A stretch of DNA of 64,000 bases from Acutalibacteraceae bacterium (GTDB lineage Bacteria; Bacillota; Clostridia; Oscillospirales; Acutalibacteraceae), in contig JAZQGO010000025.1 of NCBI GenBank assembly GCA_045540055.1, positions 10 through 64,009 of the forward strand. Reading direction: 5' to 3'. A model generated the notes under the pieces. It was not told where the DNA came from. It worked only from the letters and a program-made list of their open reading frames with translations, and searched no databases. Position numbers and translations under genes: made by a program. Shown here one piece after another: positions 1 to 7,519 of the stretch. Position 1 is the stretch's first letter. The number at the start of each line of letters is the position of its first letter.

Positions 1-125
1 GGCTAGGACCTCCTTGGTATATTTTGTTGGGTTGGCGAACCTCAACTTCAATATACCAAGGAGTTTTTATTATGTCCATAGCTAAAGCTCTTTTTCCCAC
101 TGGCATAGCCAGTGGTTCTTATACG

Positions 126-165
126 AAAAGAACGGACTGTTGTGTAATACAACAGTCCGTTTTTA
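126..165 (-). terminator. Rho-independent terminator downstream of glgB (bidirectional shape)
   Basis: Perfect hairpin aacggactgttg/caacagtccgtt flanked by an A-run and a T-run, immediately 3' of the glgB stop. Confidence 0.6.
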
Positions 166-2139
166 TTAGTCAACTTTTTTAAATACTGTGCCGGTGCGTG
201 ACGGCAGGTAGCACTTAAATCCTTTTTGGTCTTGGGTGGAATAAACATACTGTGTGTCTACCCTTTCAAATCCACCGAAGCGTGACTCATCACTTGATAA
301 AATCACTCTGTATCTGCCCTCGTGTTTTACGGGAACAAAATAGTCATTAAACGACTTATTGGGGTGGAAGTTAAAGGCAAAGCAAAGACCGCCAAGCGAA
401 TAAATTATAACCTTGTCGTCATTGTGAATAAGGCCAAGTTCCGCCTTTTTAGAAAGCAGACGCTCTTTGCGAAGCAGCGAAATCATCGCCTTGTCAAATT
501 CACGCAGCTGACCGTAACGAAGGTCGGGGTTATCGGCAAGACTCCACTGTCTGCGACAGTAGTGATAGCTCCAACCGTTGCCCTCACGCGGAAAATCTAT
601 CCACTCTGGGTGCCCGAACTCATTGCCCATAAAGTTAAGATAGCCTTCACCGCTAAGCGACGCCGTAATCAGACGAATCATTTTATGAAGCGCTACTCCA
701 CGGTCGATTATCATGTTTTCGCCCTTGTTCATACCATAATACATCTCTTTATCACACAGTCTGAACATAATGGTTTTATCTCCCACAAGCGCCTGATCGT
801 GCGATTCGCTGTAGCCGATGTTTTTCTCCTTCGGTCGTCGTGTGGTAAGCTCCCACCACAGCGTGTCCATATTCCAGTTCTCGTCGGCGCTTTCCTTTAT
901 CATCTTTATCCACAAATCAGGCACACCCATTGAAAGACGGTAGTCAAAACCAATGCCACCATCATCGATTTTTAGACACATACCCGGCATACCCGACATA
1001 TCCTCGGCGATGGTTAGCGCCTTGGGGTTATATTTGTGTATTAACTCGTTGGCAAGCTGTAGGTAGGTTATGGCCTCGATGTCGGTGTTAAGCGAAAAAT
1101 ACATATCGTAATTACAAAATGCACTACCGAGCCCGTGGTCATGGTAAAGCATAGAGGTTACACCGTCAAAACGGAAGCCGTCGAAATGATAAACCTCCAT
1201 CCAAAACTTGAGGTTAGAGAGTAAGAAATGTAAAACCTCGTTTTTGCCGTAGTTGAAAAGCTTGGTATCCCACGCAACGTGGTTGCCCTTTGCACCCTCG
1301 TGAAAAAACTGATACTCGGTGCCGTCAAACATATTGAGTCCCTCAAGGGTGTTTTTAACGGCATGTGAATGAACGACATCTAAGAGCACCGTAATGCCCA
1401 TCTTGTGAGCCGTATTTATAAGTTCCTTTAAATCAGCGCCGCTACCATAGCGTGATGATGCAGCAAAGAAATTGGACACCTGATAACCGAATGAGCCGTA
1501 ATAAGGGTGCTCCATTATCGCCATTATCTGAATGGTGTTGTAGCCGAGGTCCTTTATTCTCGGTAGGATATTTTTGGTGAAGTCTTTATAGCTGCTAACC
1601 GCATAATCCTCACCTGCCATACCTATGTGGCACTCGTAAATATACGGTGTTGCGGCTGTTCTGTGCTTTTGGTCGGTCCAGTTGAAATTATCATATAAAA
1701 CATCATCAACCTCGGCGCACCAGATATATGTTACGGGGTCCTGCACAACTCGTGTGGCATAGGTCGGTATACGGCGAAGCATTTGTCCGTCGTGAATAAC
1801 TATTGCCTGCACCTTTTGACCCACCTTGAGCGCATCCCTGCCCTCAAGCTCTATCTCAAACACGCCGTTATCTAGGCGCTTCATTTCGTTTGCATAAATA
1901 TCCCAATTATTGAAGTCACCCGTAAAAAACATCTTCTCAGCCGCGGGCGCCCACTCACGATACACCCAGCCCTTTTGTGTAGGATGTATACCAAAATACT
2001 TATACCCTTCAGCAAACCCGAGAATATCGCCGTCACCAAACAGTTCTTCCCTCTTTTTGGCATAATTATCCATTCTAAGCTGCAGGTCAGCCTCATACGG
2101 TTTTAGATATGGGTCTATTTTTAAAATCCTTAAACTCAT
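166..2139 (-). CDS. glgB: 1,4-alpha-glucan branching enzyme, GH13 (eukaryote-like GH13_8 type)
   Basis: 657-aa ORF. N-terminus (LKIDPYLKPY...YREWAP.A...F.TGDFNNW) and catalytic blocks (DVVHSH, GFRFDGVTSM, AEDMSG, SESHDQ) match the alpha-amylase-family branching enzyme pattern. Confidence 0.9.
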   Translation of the reverse strand: MSLRILKIDPYLKPYEADLQLRMDNYAKKREELFGDGDILGFAEGYKYFGIHPTQKGWVYREWAPAAEKMFFTGDFNNWDIYANEMKRLDNGVFEIELEGRDALKVGQKVQAIVIHDGQMLRRIPTYATRVVQDPVTYIWCAEVDDVLYDNFNWTDQKHRTAATPYIYECHIGMAGEDYAVSSYKDFTKNILPRIKDLGYNTIQIMAIMEHPYYGSFGYQVSNFFAASSRYGSGADLKELINTAHKMGITVLLDVVHSHAVKNTLEGLNMFDGTEYQFFHEGAKGNHVAWDTKLFNYGKNEVLHFLLSNLKFWMEVYHFDGFRFDGVTSMLYHDHGLGSAFCNYDMYFSLNTDIEAITYLQLANELIHKYNPKALTIAEDMSGMPGMCLKIDDGGIGFDYRLSMGVPDLWIKMIKESADENWNMDTLWWELTTRRPKEKNIGYSESHDQALVGDKTIMFRLCDKEMYYGMNKGENMIIDRGVALHKMIRLITASLSGEGYLNFMGNEFGHPEWIDFPREGNGWSYHYCRRQWSLADNPDLRYGQLREFDKAMISLLRKERLLSKKAELGLIHNDDKVIIYSLGGLCFAFNFHPNKSFNDYFVPVKHEGRYRVILSSDESRFGGFERVDTQYVYSTQDQKGFKCYLPSRTGTVFKKVD

Positions 2140-2216
2140 AACAGTCTCCTTTAAATAACCTTAAATAAATTATATGCCAAGTAAGTGTCGAATAAAAACA
2201 AATTTTGTTTACGGTC

Positions 2217-2498
2217 TCATAATTTTATAGACCGACAGTATGTATAACGCAGAGTCATTTTCGTCAAGATTATCCGCAACAGCTCAATCACTGCGCTCGT
2301 CAGCGTAAATGTTTTGCCGAACAACGTAACTGTAAGTATATACGATATAATAAACCATGCTATAAATGCAATCAGCCATGCTACACTTTCGGCCCTGAAG
2401 CGTTTCTTATTCGTATAAACCAAAGCTCTGACGGCGGCAATTATATTCACAATGCCGCCGATGGTCGCACCCAACATAAAGAGGTTGACCGCAAACAA
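2217..2498 (-). pseudogene. YgjV-like inner-membrane protein fragment (short, TTG start, probably truncated)
   Basis: 93-aa hydrophobic ORF. NLFMLGATIGGIVNIIAAVRALVYT resembles the central part of YgjV-family proteins, which are about 160-180 aa. There is no room for the missing N- or C-terminus between the flanking genes. Confidence 0.3.
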
Positions 2499-2566
2499 CG
2501 ATGCGCCACAATCTCAATAGGTTTCATATACGCTCACTCTCTGCCATATGATTTTGCATTTTGAGC

Positions 2567-3739
2567 TTATTTTCTTGCTACACCGCTTTTTCTTGCGGCA
2601 TCGGCAACAGCCGCCGCAACGGTCTTGCCTATTCTTTCATCGAATGCCATCGGTAAGATATACTCAGCATTCAGTTCTTCGTCGGTCACAAGACCTGCTA
2701 TGGCGTAGGATGCCGCCATCTTCATTTCATCGTTTATTTCGCTTGCACGAACATCCAATGCGCCTCTGAAAATACCGGGGAACGCAAGAACATTGTTAAT
2801 CTGATTCGAGTAATCAGAGCGGCCTGTGCCTACGACTGCGGCACCACCCTCTTTGGCTAAATCAGGCAAAATCTCAGGCACGGGGTTTGCCATCGCGAAT
2901 ACGATTGCGCCCTGCGCCATGGTACTTATCATTTCGCTTGACACAATATTCGGTGCCGACACGCCGATAAACACATCGGCGCCCTTTAAGGCGTCGGCAA
3001 GGTTGCCCGTCAAATGCTCTTTATTGGTGATTTTAGCCAGCTGCTTGTGTGCATCACTAAGACTGTCCATACCCTCACAAATAATACCGAATCTATCAAC
3101 CATAATAAGATTTTTAACACCTAATTTAAGCAGGTGCAGACCGATTGCTGTGCCTGCGCTGCCTGCGCCGTTTATAACAACACGAATTTCGCCTATATCC
3201 TTTTTAACGACCTTTAATGCGTTAAGAAGTGCGGCGGCCACGACAATAGCCGTGCCGTGCTGGTCATCGTGGAATACAGGAATATCGCATATTTCCTTAA
3301 GGCGACGCTCGACCTCAAAGCAACGCGGAGCGGCGATGTCCTCAAGGTTTATTCCTCCAAAGCTGCCAGAAAGAAGATAAATTGTTCTTACCAACTCGTC
3401 AACATCCCGAGTTTTTATGCAAAGAGGAAAAGCGTCAACATCGGCAAACTCTTTAAAGAGTGCGCATTTGCCCTCCATAACGGGCATACCTGCTTCTGCG
3501 CCTATATCGCCAAGTCCCAGAACGGCCGAGCCATCGGTAATAACGGCAACAAGATTATGTCTGCGGGTCAGCTCAAATGATTTATTTATATCCTTTTGAA
3601 TCTCCAAGCAGGGCTCTGCAACGCCCGGTGTATAGGCTAAAGACAACTGCTCTCTGTTTTTTACGGGTGTTCTTGAGATTACCTCAATTTTACCCTGCCA
3701 TTCCTCGTGTTTTTTTAGTGCCTGCGCTTTTATATCCAT
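2567..3739 (-). CDS. NAD(P)-dependent malic enzyme (short form, no PTA domain)
   Basis: 390-aa ORF with the typical N-terminus (ALKKHEEWQGKIEV, LSLAYTPGVA) and Rossmann motif (VINGAGSAGTAI). Confidence 0.9.
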   Translation of the reverse strand: MDIKAQALKKHEEWQGKIEVISRTPVKNREQLSLAYTPGVAEPCLEIQKDINKSFELTRRHNLVAVITDGSAVLGLGDIGAEAGMPVMEGKCALFKEFADVDAFPLCIKTRDVDELVRTIYLLSGSFGGINLEDIAAPRCFEVERRLKEICDIPVFHDDQHGTAIVVAAALLNALKVVKKDIGEIRVVINGAGSAGTAIGLHLLKLGVKNLIMVDRFGIICEGMDSLSDAHKQLAKITNKEHLTGNLADALKGADVFIGVSAPNIVSSEMISTMAQGAIVFAMANPVPEILPDLAKEGGAAVVGTGRSDYSNQINNVLAFPGIFRGALDVRASEINDEMKMAASYAIAGLVTDEELNAEYILPMAFDERIGKTVAAAVADAARKSGVARK

Positions 3740-3814
3740 TAATCTTACCCCCGTTTATTACATATCGTATGAGCTCTTCTGAAGGGTCAGCTCAAGTTCT
3801 TGTATATATTGGCT

Positions 3815-4111
3815 TTAGTTTGTCTCATAATCAAAGCAGGCACGAGTTTCGGTGTAGGGACGCACCTTGGTGTCGGCAACCCTCGCGTGCTCGGAATGTA
3901 CAGCGTATACCTTCAATGCTGCCTCGTTTTCAAACACCGAATAGAGCATAACATCTGCGTTCGATGAGCTTAACCTCTCGATTTCAACCTTAATTTCAAT
4001 AAGACCCGGTATAACACCCTTAAGTCCCTCAAGCCCGTCCTTAATGCCGAGCTTCACATCGTCGGTGTTATATTCATTCCTTAGCTTCCAAAGAATAATA
4101 TGCTTTACCAT
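3815..4111 (-). CDS. Dabb (stress-responsive A/B-barrel) family protein
   Basis: 98 aa; MVKHIILWKL... and the ...Y.VHSEH... motif are typical of Dabb domain proteins. Confidence 0.7.
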   Translation of the reverse strand: MVKHIILWKLRNEYNTDDVKLGIKDGLEGLKGVIPGLIEIKVEIERLSSSNADVMLYSVFENEAALKVYAVHSEHARVADTKVRPYTETRACFDYETN

Positions 4112-4292
4112 AATTGCCCCCCTCTTTATTAACCTTAATGTAATTTTATTGTACCATAATAATCAATCTGTTTCAATGAGATAATTGCGTTGATTGGTAT
4201 TTATTTGAAAATAAAAAACGACGGGTGAATACGGTGCGCTCTCGGTTTTTGCCGACGGCTCCAAGCCGTTATCGGCAAAGCCGACACCTTAA

Positions 4293-4428
4293 CCTCTTCA
4301 CTATTACTTCTTACTTATTACTTCAAAATCGACAAGGTTCATTTAGTGAAGAGTGAAGAAGTAAGAGGTAATAAGTAAAATCGACAAGGTTCTGTCGAAC
4401 CTTGTCGATTTTTGGCTGTTACGAACCA
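4293..4428. repeat. Composite structured repeat, diverged copy 1 (pyrimidine-heptad arm / box A / purine-heptad arm / box A' / terminator hairpin / tRNA-3'-like tail)
   Basis: Y-arm 4293-4323 (cttcac tattac ttcttac ttattac). A 16-nt box aaaatcgacaaggttc occurs at 4324-4339 and again at 4376-4391. R-arm 4343-4377 (gtgaaga gtgaagaa gtaagag gtaataa gtaa). Partner gaaccttgtcgatttt at 4396-4411. Tail tggctgttacgaaccat abuts the stop of the XRE gene. Confidence 0.7.
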
Positions 4429-5049
4429 TTATGAATCTACGCTCTTCTTTAATACCTTTTTGCACCAAGTGTGTTTATTGCATTTAGGACACTTCAAGTA
4501 ACGAGTAGTTCCTCTATGCATCGCCCACAGTGCTTCTGAATAAGTAGGCACAATCTCGTGACCGCAATTTTTACACTTGTAAGCACCTACACTCACCTCA
4601 AGCTTTAATGCATAAAAGCAAGGAATCAAAAAGATAATGCAAATTCCCAGAATGGTAATAAGCTGCCATACTCCTTCAGGAATCAAGAATGCAGAAATCA
4701 AGATACCTGCAAACAGGGCTGTCATACTTACAATCAAAATCGCCCACATAGAAGTCCAAATTGTCTTGCTTTTTTTCTCTAACTCTTTCGTCATATCAAG
4801 CAAAAGTTGTTCGTTTTTCTGATTACTGTTTTCCATACTGATTTTCTCCCCACTTAATAATTCATTTACACTGATGCTAAGAATATCACAGAGCTCAAGC
4901 ATAATAGAAGAATCGGGCATCGCCATGCCTCTTTCCCACTTTGATATTGCTTTGTCGGTGATACCGAGTTTTTCTGCCAACTGTATTTGTGTTAGGTTTA
5001 CTTTTTTTCTGCACTCGGCAATAAATCTTCCGATTTTTATTTGGTCCAT
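4429..5049 (-). CDS. XRE-family HTH regulator fused to 2 TM helices and a C-terminal CxxC...CxxC zinc ribbon
   Basis: Start chosen at MDQIKIGRF, which has GGAGG 7 nt upstream. HTH motif LTQIQLAEKLGITDKAISKWERG, two hydrophobic segments, then CKNCGHE...CPKCNKH. Confidence 0.75.
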   Translation of the reverse strand: MDQIKIGRFIAECRKKVNLTQIQLAEKLGITDKAISKWERGMAMPDSSIMLELCDILSISVNELLSGEKISMENSNQKNEQLLLDMTKELEKKSKTIWTSMWAILIVSMTALFAGILISAFLIPEGVWQLITILGICIIFLIPCFYALKLEVSVGAYKCKNCGHEIVPTYSEALWAMHRGTTRYLKCPKCNKHTWCKKVLKKSVDS

Positions 5050-5192
5050 AAGTTGCCTCCTTTCGCTTTTAGTATAGATAATTAGGAGAAGAAAAAACAC
5101 ACACCATTGGTTTAGTGAAGAGAAGTAAACCTATGGTAGAGTGTAATTTGTGCAATAAATTGGAATTGGCTTGTTTCTTTTTAATTTTACTC

Positions 5193-5380
5193 TTTGGTGG
5201 TTCGAATCCACTTTGGCGGGGAGTTTAGTGATATTCCGCCGTTGGCGGAGTCTACTTCTTCACTATTCACTATTACTTCTTACTTTCCAAAAATCCGAGT
5301 AAATAAGAGAAAAGTGAAGAGTGAAGAGGTAATAGTGAAAAAGTAAAAATCCCCGTATCTTACGATACCAGGATTTTTGG
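5193..5380. repeat. Composite structured repeat, copy 2 (188 bp, 186/188 identical to 7332-7519)
   Basis: Direct alignment at an offset of 2139 bp, with mismatches only at 5316/7455 and 5369/7508. Contains a tRNA T-arm-like 16-mer (5196-5211), Y-arm 5254-5288, aaaaatcc boxes at 5289-5296 and 5345-5352, R-arm 5298-5349, and a terminator hairpin closing with ggattttt at 5371-5378. Confidence 0.9.
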
Positions 5381-5455
5381 CTGTTCCGAACCATTTAGAT
5401 GCCAACTTTGTTTTTTGAAAAAAACAGGTATTTTTTTAATCCCCAAAAATATTTT

Positions 5456-5974
5456 CTATCGACCTCTATATTCTTGTTTCAAAACCTCTGCCATTTCTTC
5501 CGGCGATTCCTGACAACCACCTGCAAGCCACAATTTAATAATGGCATTAAGACCATTTCTGAAAAATTCAATATGATACTTGATATTGCTATCAATATGT
5601 TCCTTTTCGGCTCGCCTTGTATCATATATCGAAACAAGGTGTATGTCGTCATAACAAAGCTTAAAATATGTCTTATAGAAAATTTGGTTTTCTTTAATAT
5701 GAGTAAACATCTTTAATGCACCGGTATGTTCATTAAAATAATCATAATCGGCAAACAGATCGCTGAACTCATTTTCGAGTTTTTCTCTCGTTTTATCGGC
5801 AAGGTCAAATATATCAATATAATTGGCATAAAAAGTACTTCGGTTGAGTCCCGTATTTTTGACAATATCCGAAACGGTTATTTCTTTGATATCACGGGTT
5901 TGCAGTAGCTCTATAAACGCCTTTTCGATCTTCTCTTGTGACTCTCTGCGCCGCTTGTTGTTCTTTACATTCAT
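5456..5974 (-). CDS. TetR/AcrR family transcriptional regulator
   Basis: 172 aa with the N-terminal HTH pattern (IEKAFIELLQTRDIKEITVSDIVKNTGLNRSTFYANY). Confidence 0.85.
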   Translation of the reverse strand: MNVKNNKRRRESQEKIEKAFIELLQTRDIKEITVSDIVKNTGLNRSTFYANYIDIFDLADKTREKLENEFSDLFADYDYFNEHTGALKMFTHIKENQIFYKTYFKLCYDDIHLVSIYDTRRAEKEHIDSNIKYHIEFFRNGLNAIIKLWLAGGCQESPEEMAEVLKQEYRGR

Positions 5975-5985
5975 AATAATTCTCC

Positions 5986-6079
5986 ATTATTCCAACACTT
6001 GTAGTTTAATTGTTGATTGTTTTGCTTTGGCAAAAATATTATACTATAAATGCAATAAAAACACAAGTGTTGGAATAAT
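5986..6079. promoter_or_regulatory. Divergent promoter region with a perfect 17-bp inverted repeat in both leaders (candidate TetR operator pair)
   Basis: attattccaacacttgt (5986-6002) and acaagtgttggaataat (6063-6079) are exact reverse complements 60 bp apart. Each lies just 5' of the RBS of one divergent gene. A tatact/tataaa -10-like segment lies between them. Confidence 0.5.
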
Positions 6080-6095
6080 GAAAGGAGATTTTAAA

Positions 6096-6464
6096 ATGAA
6101 AAAGAGTAGTTTTGTTGCACTCATTATGGGAACTGTAAGTGGGGTGCTTTTCGCACTCGGTATGTGTATGGCACTTCTGCCTGAATGGGACGCCTTTACA
6201 GAAGGTATCATTTTTGGCGCTGTCGGTATTGTGCTCAGTATTATCACGGCACTTATCTGGTGCAAAATGGAAAACAAGAAACTGCCGAAAATGAGTGGTA
6301 AAAATCTATTCCGTACTATTTACGCCGTCATTGCTGCTTTAGCGCTTGGCGTAGGTATGTGTATGTGTCTTGTGTGGGAGCAAATTATTTGGGGCACACT
6401 CGTCGGTTTGCTTGGTATCATTATGCTGATTGCTCTCATTCCGATGATTAAAGGTATCAAATGA
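6096..6464 (+). CDS. Small 4-TM membrane protein with an internal duplication
   Basis: Start at ATG 6096, 7 nt after AAAGGAGA. The two halves share ALGMCMAL.../ALGVGMCMCL... motifs. Overlaps the next ORF (ATGA). Confidence 0.6.
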   Translation: MKKSSFVALIMGTVSGVLFALGMCMALLPEWDAFTEGIIFGAVGIVLSIITALIWCKMENKKLPKMSGKNLFRTIYAVIAALALGVGMCMCLVWEQIIWGTLVGLLGIIMLIALIPMIKGIK

Positions 6465-7279
6465 AGGTATTAAATCTTGTGAAAAGCCCTTATACAAGTC
6501 TTGCGTTTAATGTTGCTTATGCGCTTGGCAACTGTATTATAGGTTTCCTTGCACATTCGTGGTGGTTTATTACAGTAGGTGCGTATTATACCGTGCTTGC
6601 AATCACAAGGTTTTCTGTGTTGCAGGTTAGACGAAAAGCAAGCGGCAATTATGATACCGAGCTTTTTGCACGGCGCATTACGGGAACTTTATTGGTTGTG
6701 CTTTCGTTCTGCATAGTAGGCGTAAACATAATGTCTGCTATTAAAGATAGAGGCACTGCCTTTCATGAAATTGTAATGATCACCATTGCCACATACACAT
6801 TCACTAAAACCACTATTTCAATTATTGGTATGGTGAAAGCAAAGCGTTCCGCTTCTCCGGTGCTAAAAACACTCCGTAATATATCGCTCGCTGATGCGTG
6901 TGTTTCCATTTACACAATGCAAAGATCAATGCTCATGTCTTTTCCGGGTATGGAAGCGGCGGAAATCTTATTGCTAAACATATTTACGGGAACAGTAGTT
7001 TGGATTGTTGTACTGCTTCTCGGAATCTATCTGATTGGAGGAAAATATACAGATATGGCTAAATCAAAAATTGTAAAGGCAAATGAAAAAATCGCCGAAG
7101 CAGTAACCGGCGGTTACAAAAAAATTGAAAAAGGCGTGGTAGAAGGCTACAAAAAAATCGAACAAGGGGTTGTAGGTGGTTACACCAAGCTCGAAGATAA
7201 GTTTGTCGATGCCTACCTCACAAAAGACGGCGAAACTGTTGAAGAAGCAAAAGCAAGATTGAAAGATAAAAATAACTAG
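6461..7279 (+). CDS. Multi-pass membrane protein with a C-terminal 11-residue repeat tail
   Basis: 272 aa with about 6 hydrophobic segments. C-terminus has VTGGYKKIEKG / VVEGYKKIEQG / VVGGYTKLEDK. Translationally coupled to the upstream ORF. I do not recognise a named family. Confidence 0.6.
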   Translation: MKVLNLVKSPYTSLAFNVAYALGNCIIGFLAHSWWFITVGAYYTVLAITRFSVLQVRRKASGNYDTELFARRITGTLLVVLSFCIVGVNIMSAIKDRGTAFHEIVMITIATYTFTKTTISIIGMVKAKRSASPVLKTLRNISLADACVSIYTMQRSMLMSFPGMEAAEILLLNIFTGTVVWIVVLLLGIYLIGGKYTDMAKSKIVKANEKIAEAVTGGYKKIEKGVVEGYKKIEQGVVGGYTKLEDKFVDAYLTKDGETVEEAKARLKDKNN

Positions 7280-7331
7280 AAAAAGGGCTGATTTAGCAAA
7301 ATAATTGCTAAATCAGTCCTTTATATTTTGT

Positions 7332-7519
7332 TTTGGTGGTTCGAATCCACTTTGGCGGGGAGTTTAGTGATATTCCGCCGTTGGCGGAGTCTACTTCTTC
7401 ACTATTCACTATTACTTCTTACTTTCCAAAAATCCGAGTAAATAAGAGAAAAGTTAAGAGTGAAGAGGTAATAGTGAAAAAGTAAAAATCCCCGTATCTT
7501 ACGATACGAGGATTTTTGG
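7332..7519. repeat. Composite structured repeat, copy 3 (188 bp), directly abutting the 3' end of tRNA-Tyr
   Basis: 186/188 identical to 5193-5380. The last 3 nt (tgg, 7517-7519) are the complement of the tRNA-Tyr CCA end. Its terminator hairpin serves as the tRNA terminator. Confidence 0.9.

Noticed and set aside
1-75. Long hairpin at the window edge (ctccttggtatatt … aatataccaaggag plus an inner stem)
   Set aside because: It is probably just the terminator of a plus-strand gene ending upstream of the window. It cannot be assessed without the flanking sequence.
322-933. 203-aa plus-strand ORF; similar long antisense ORFs at 2826-3380, 16450-16938, 34246-34782 and 47732-48280
   Set aside because: All lie antisense to, or out of frame within, strongly supported genes. 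Their composition is Ser/Pro/Ile-rich and typical of shadow frames.
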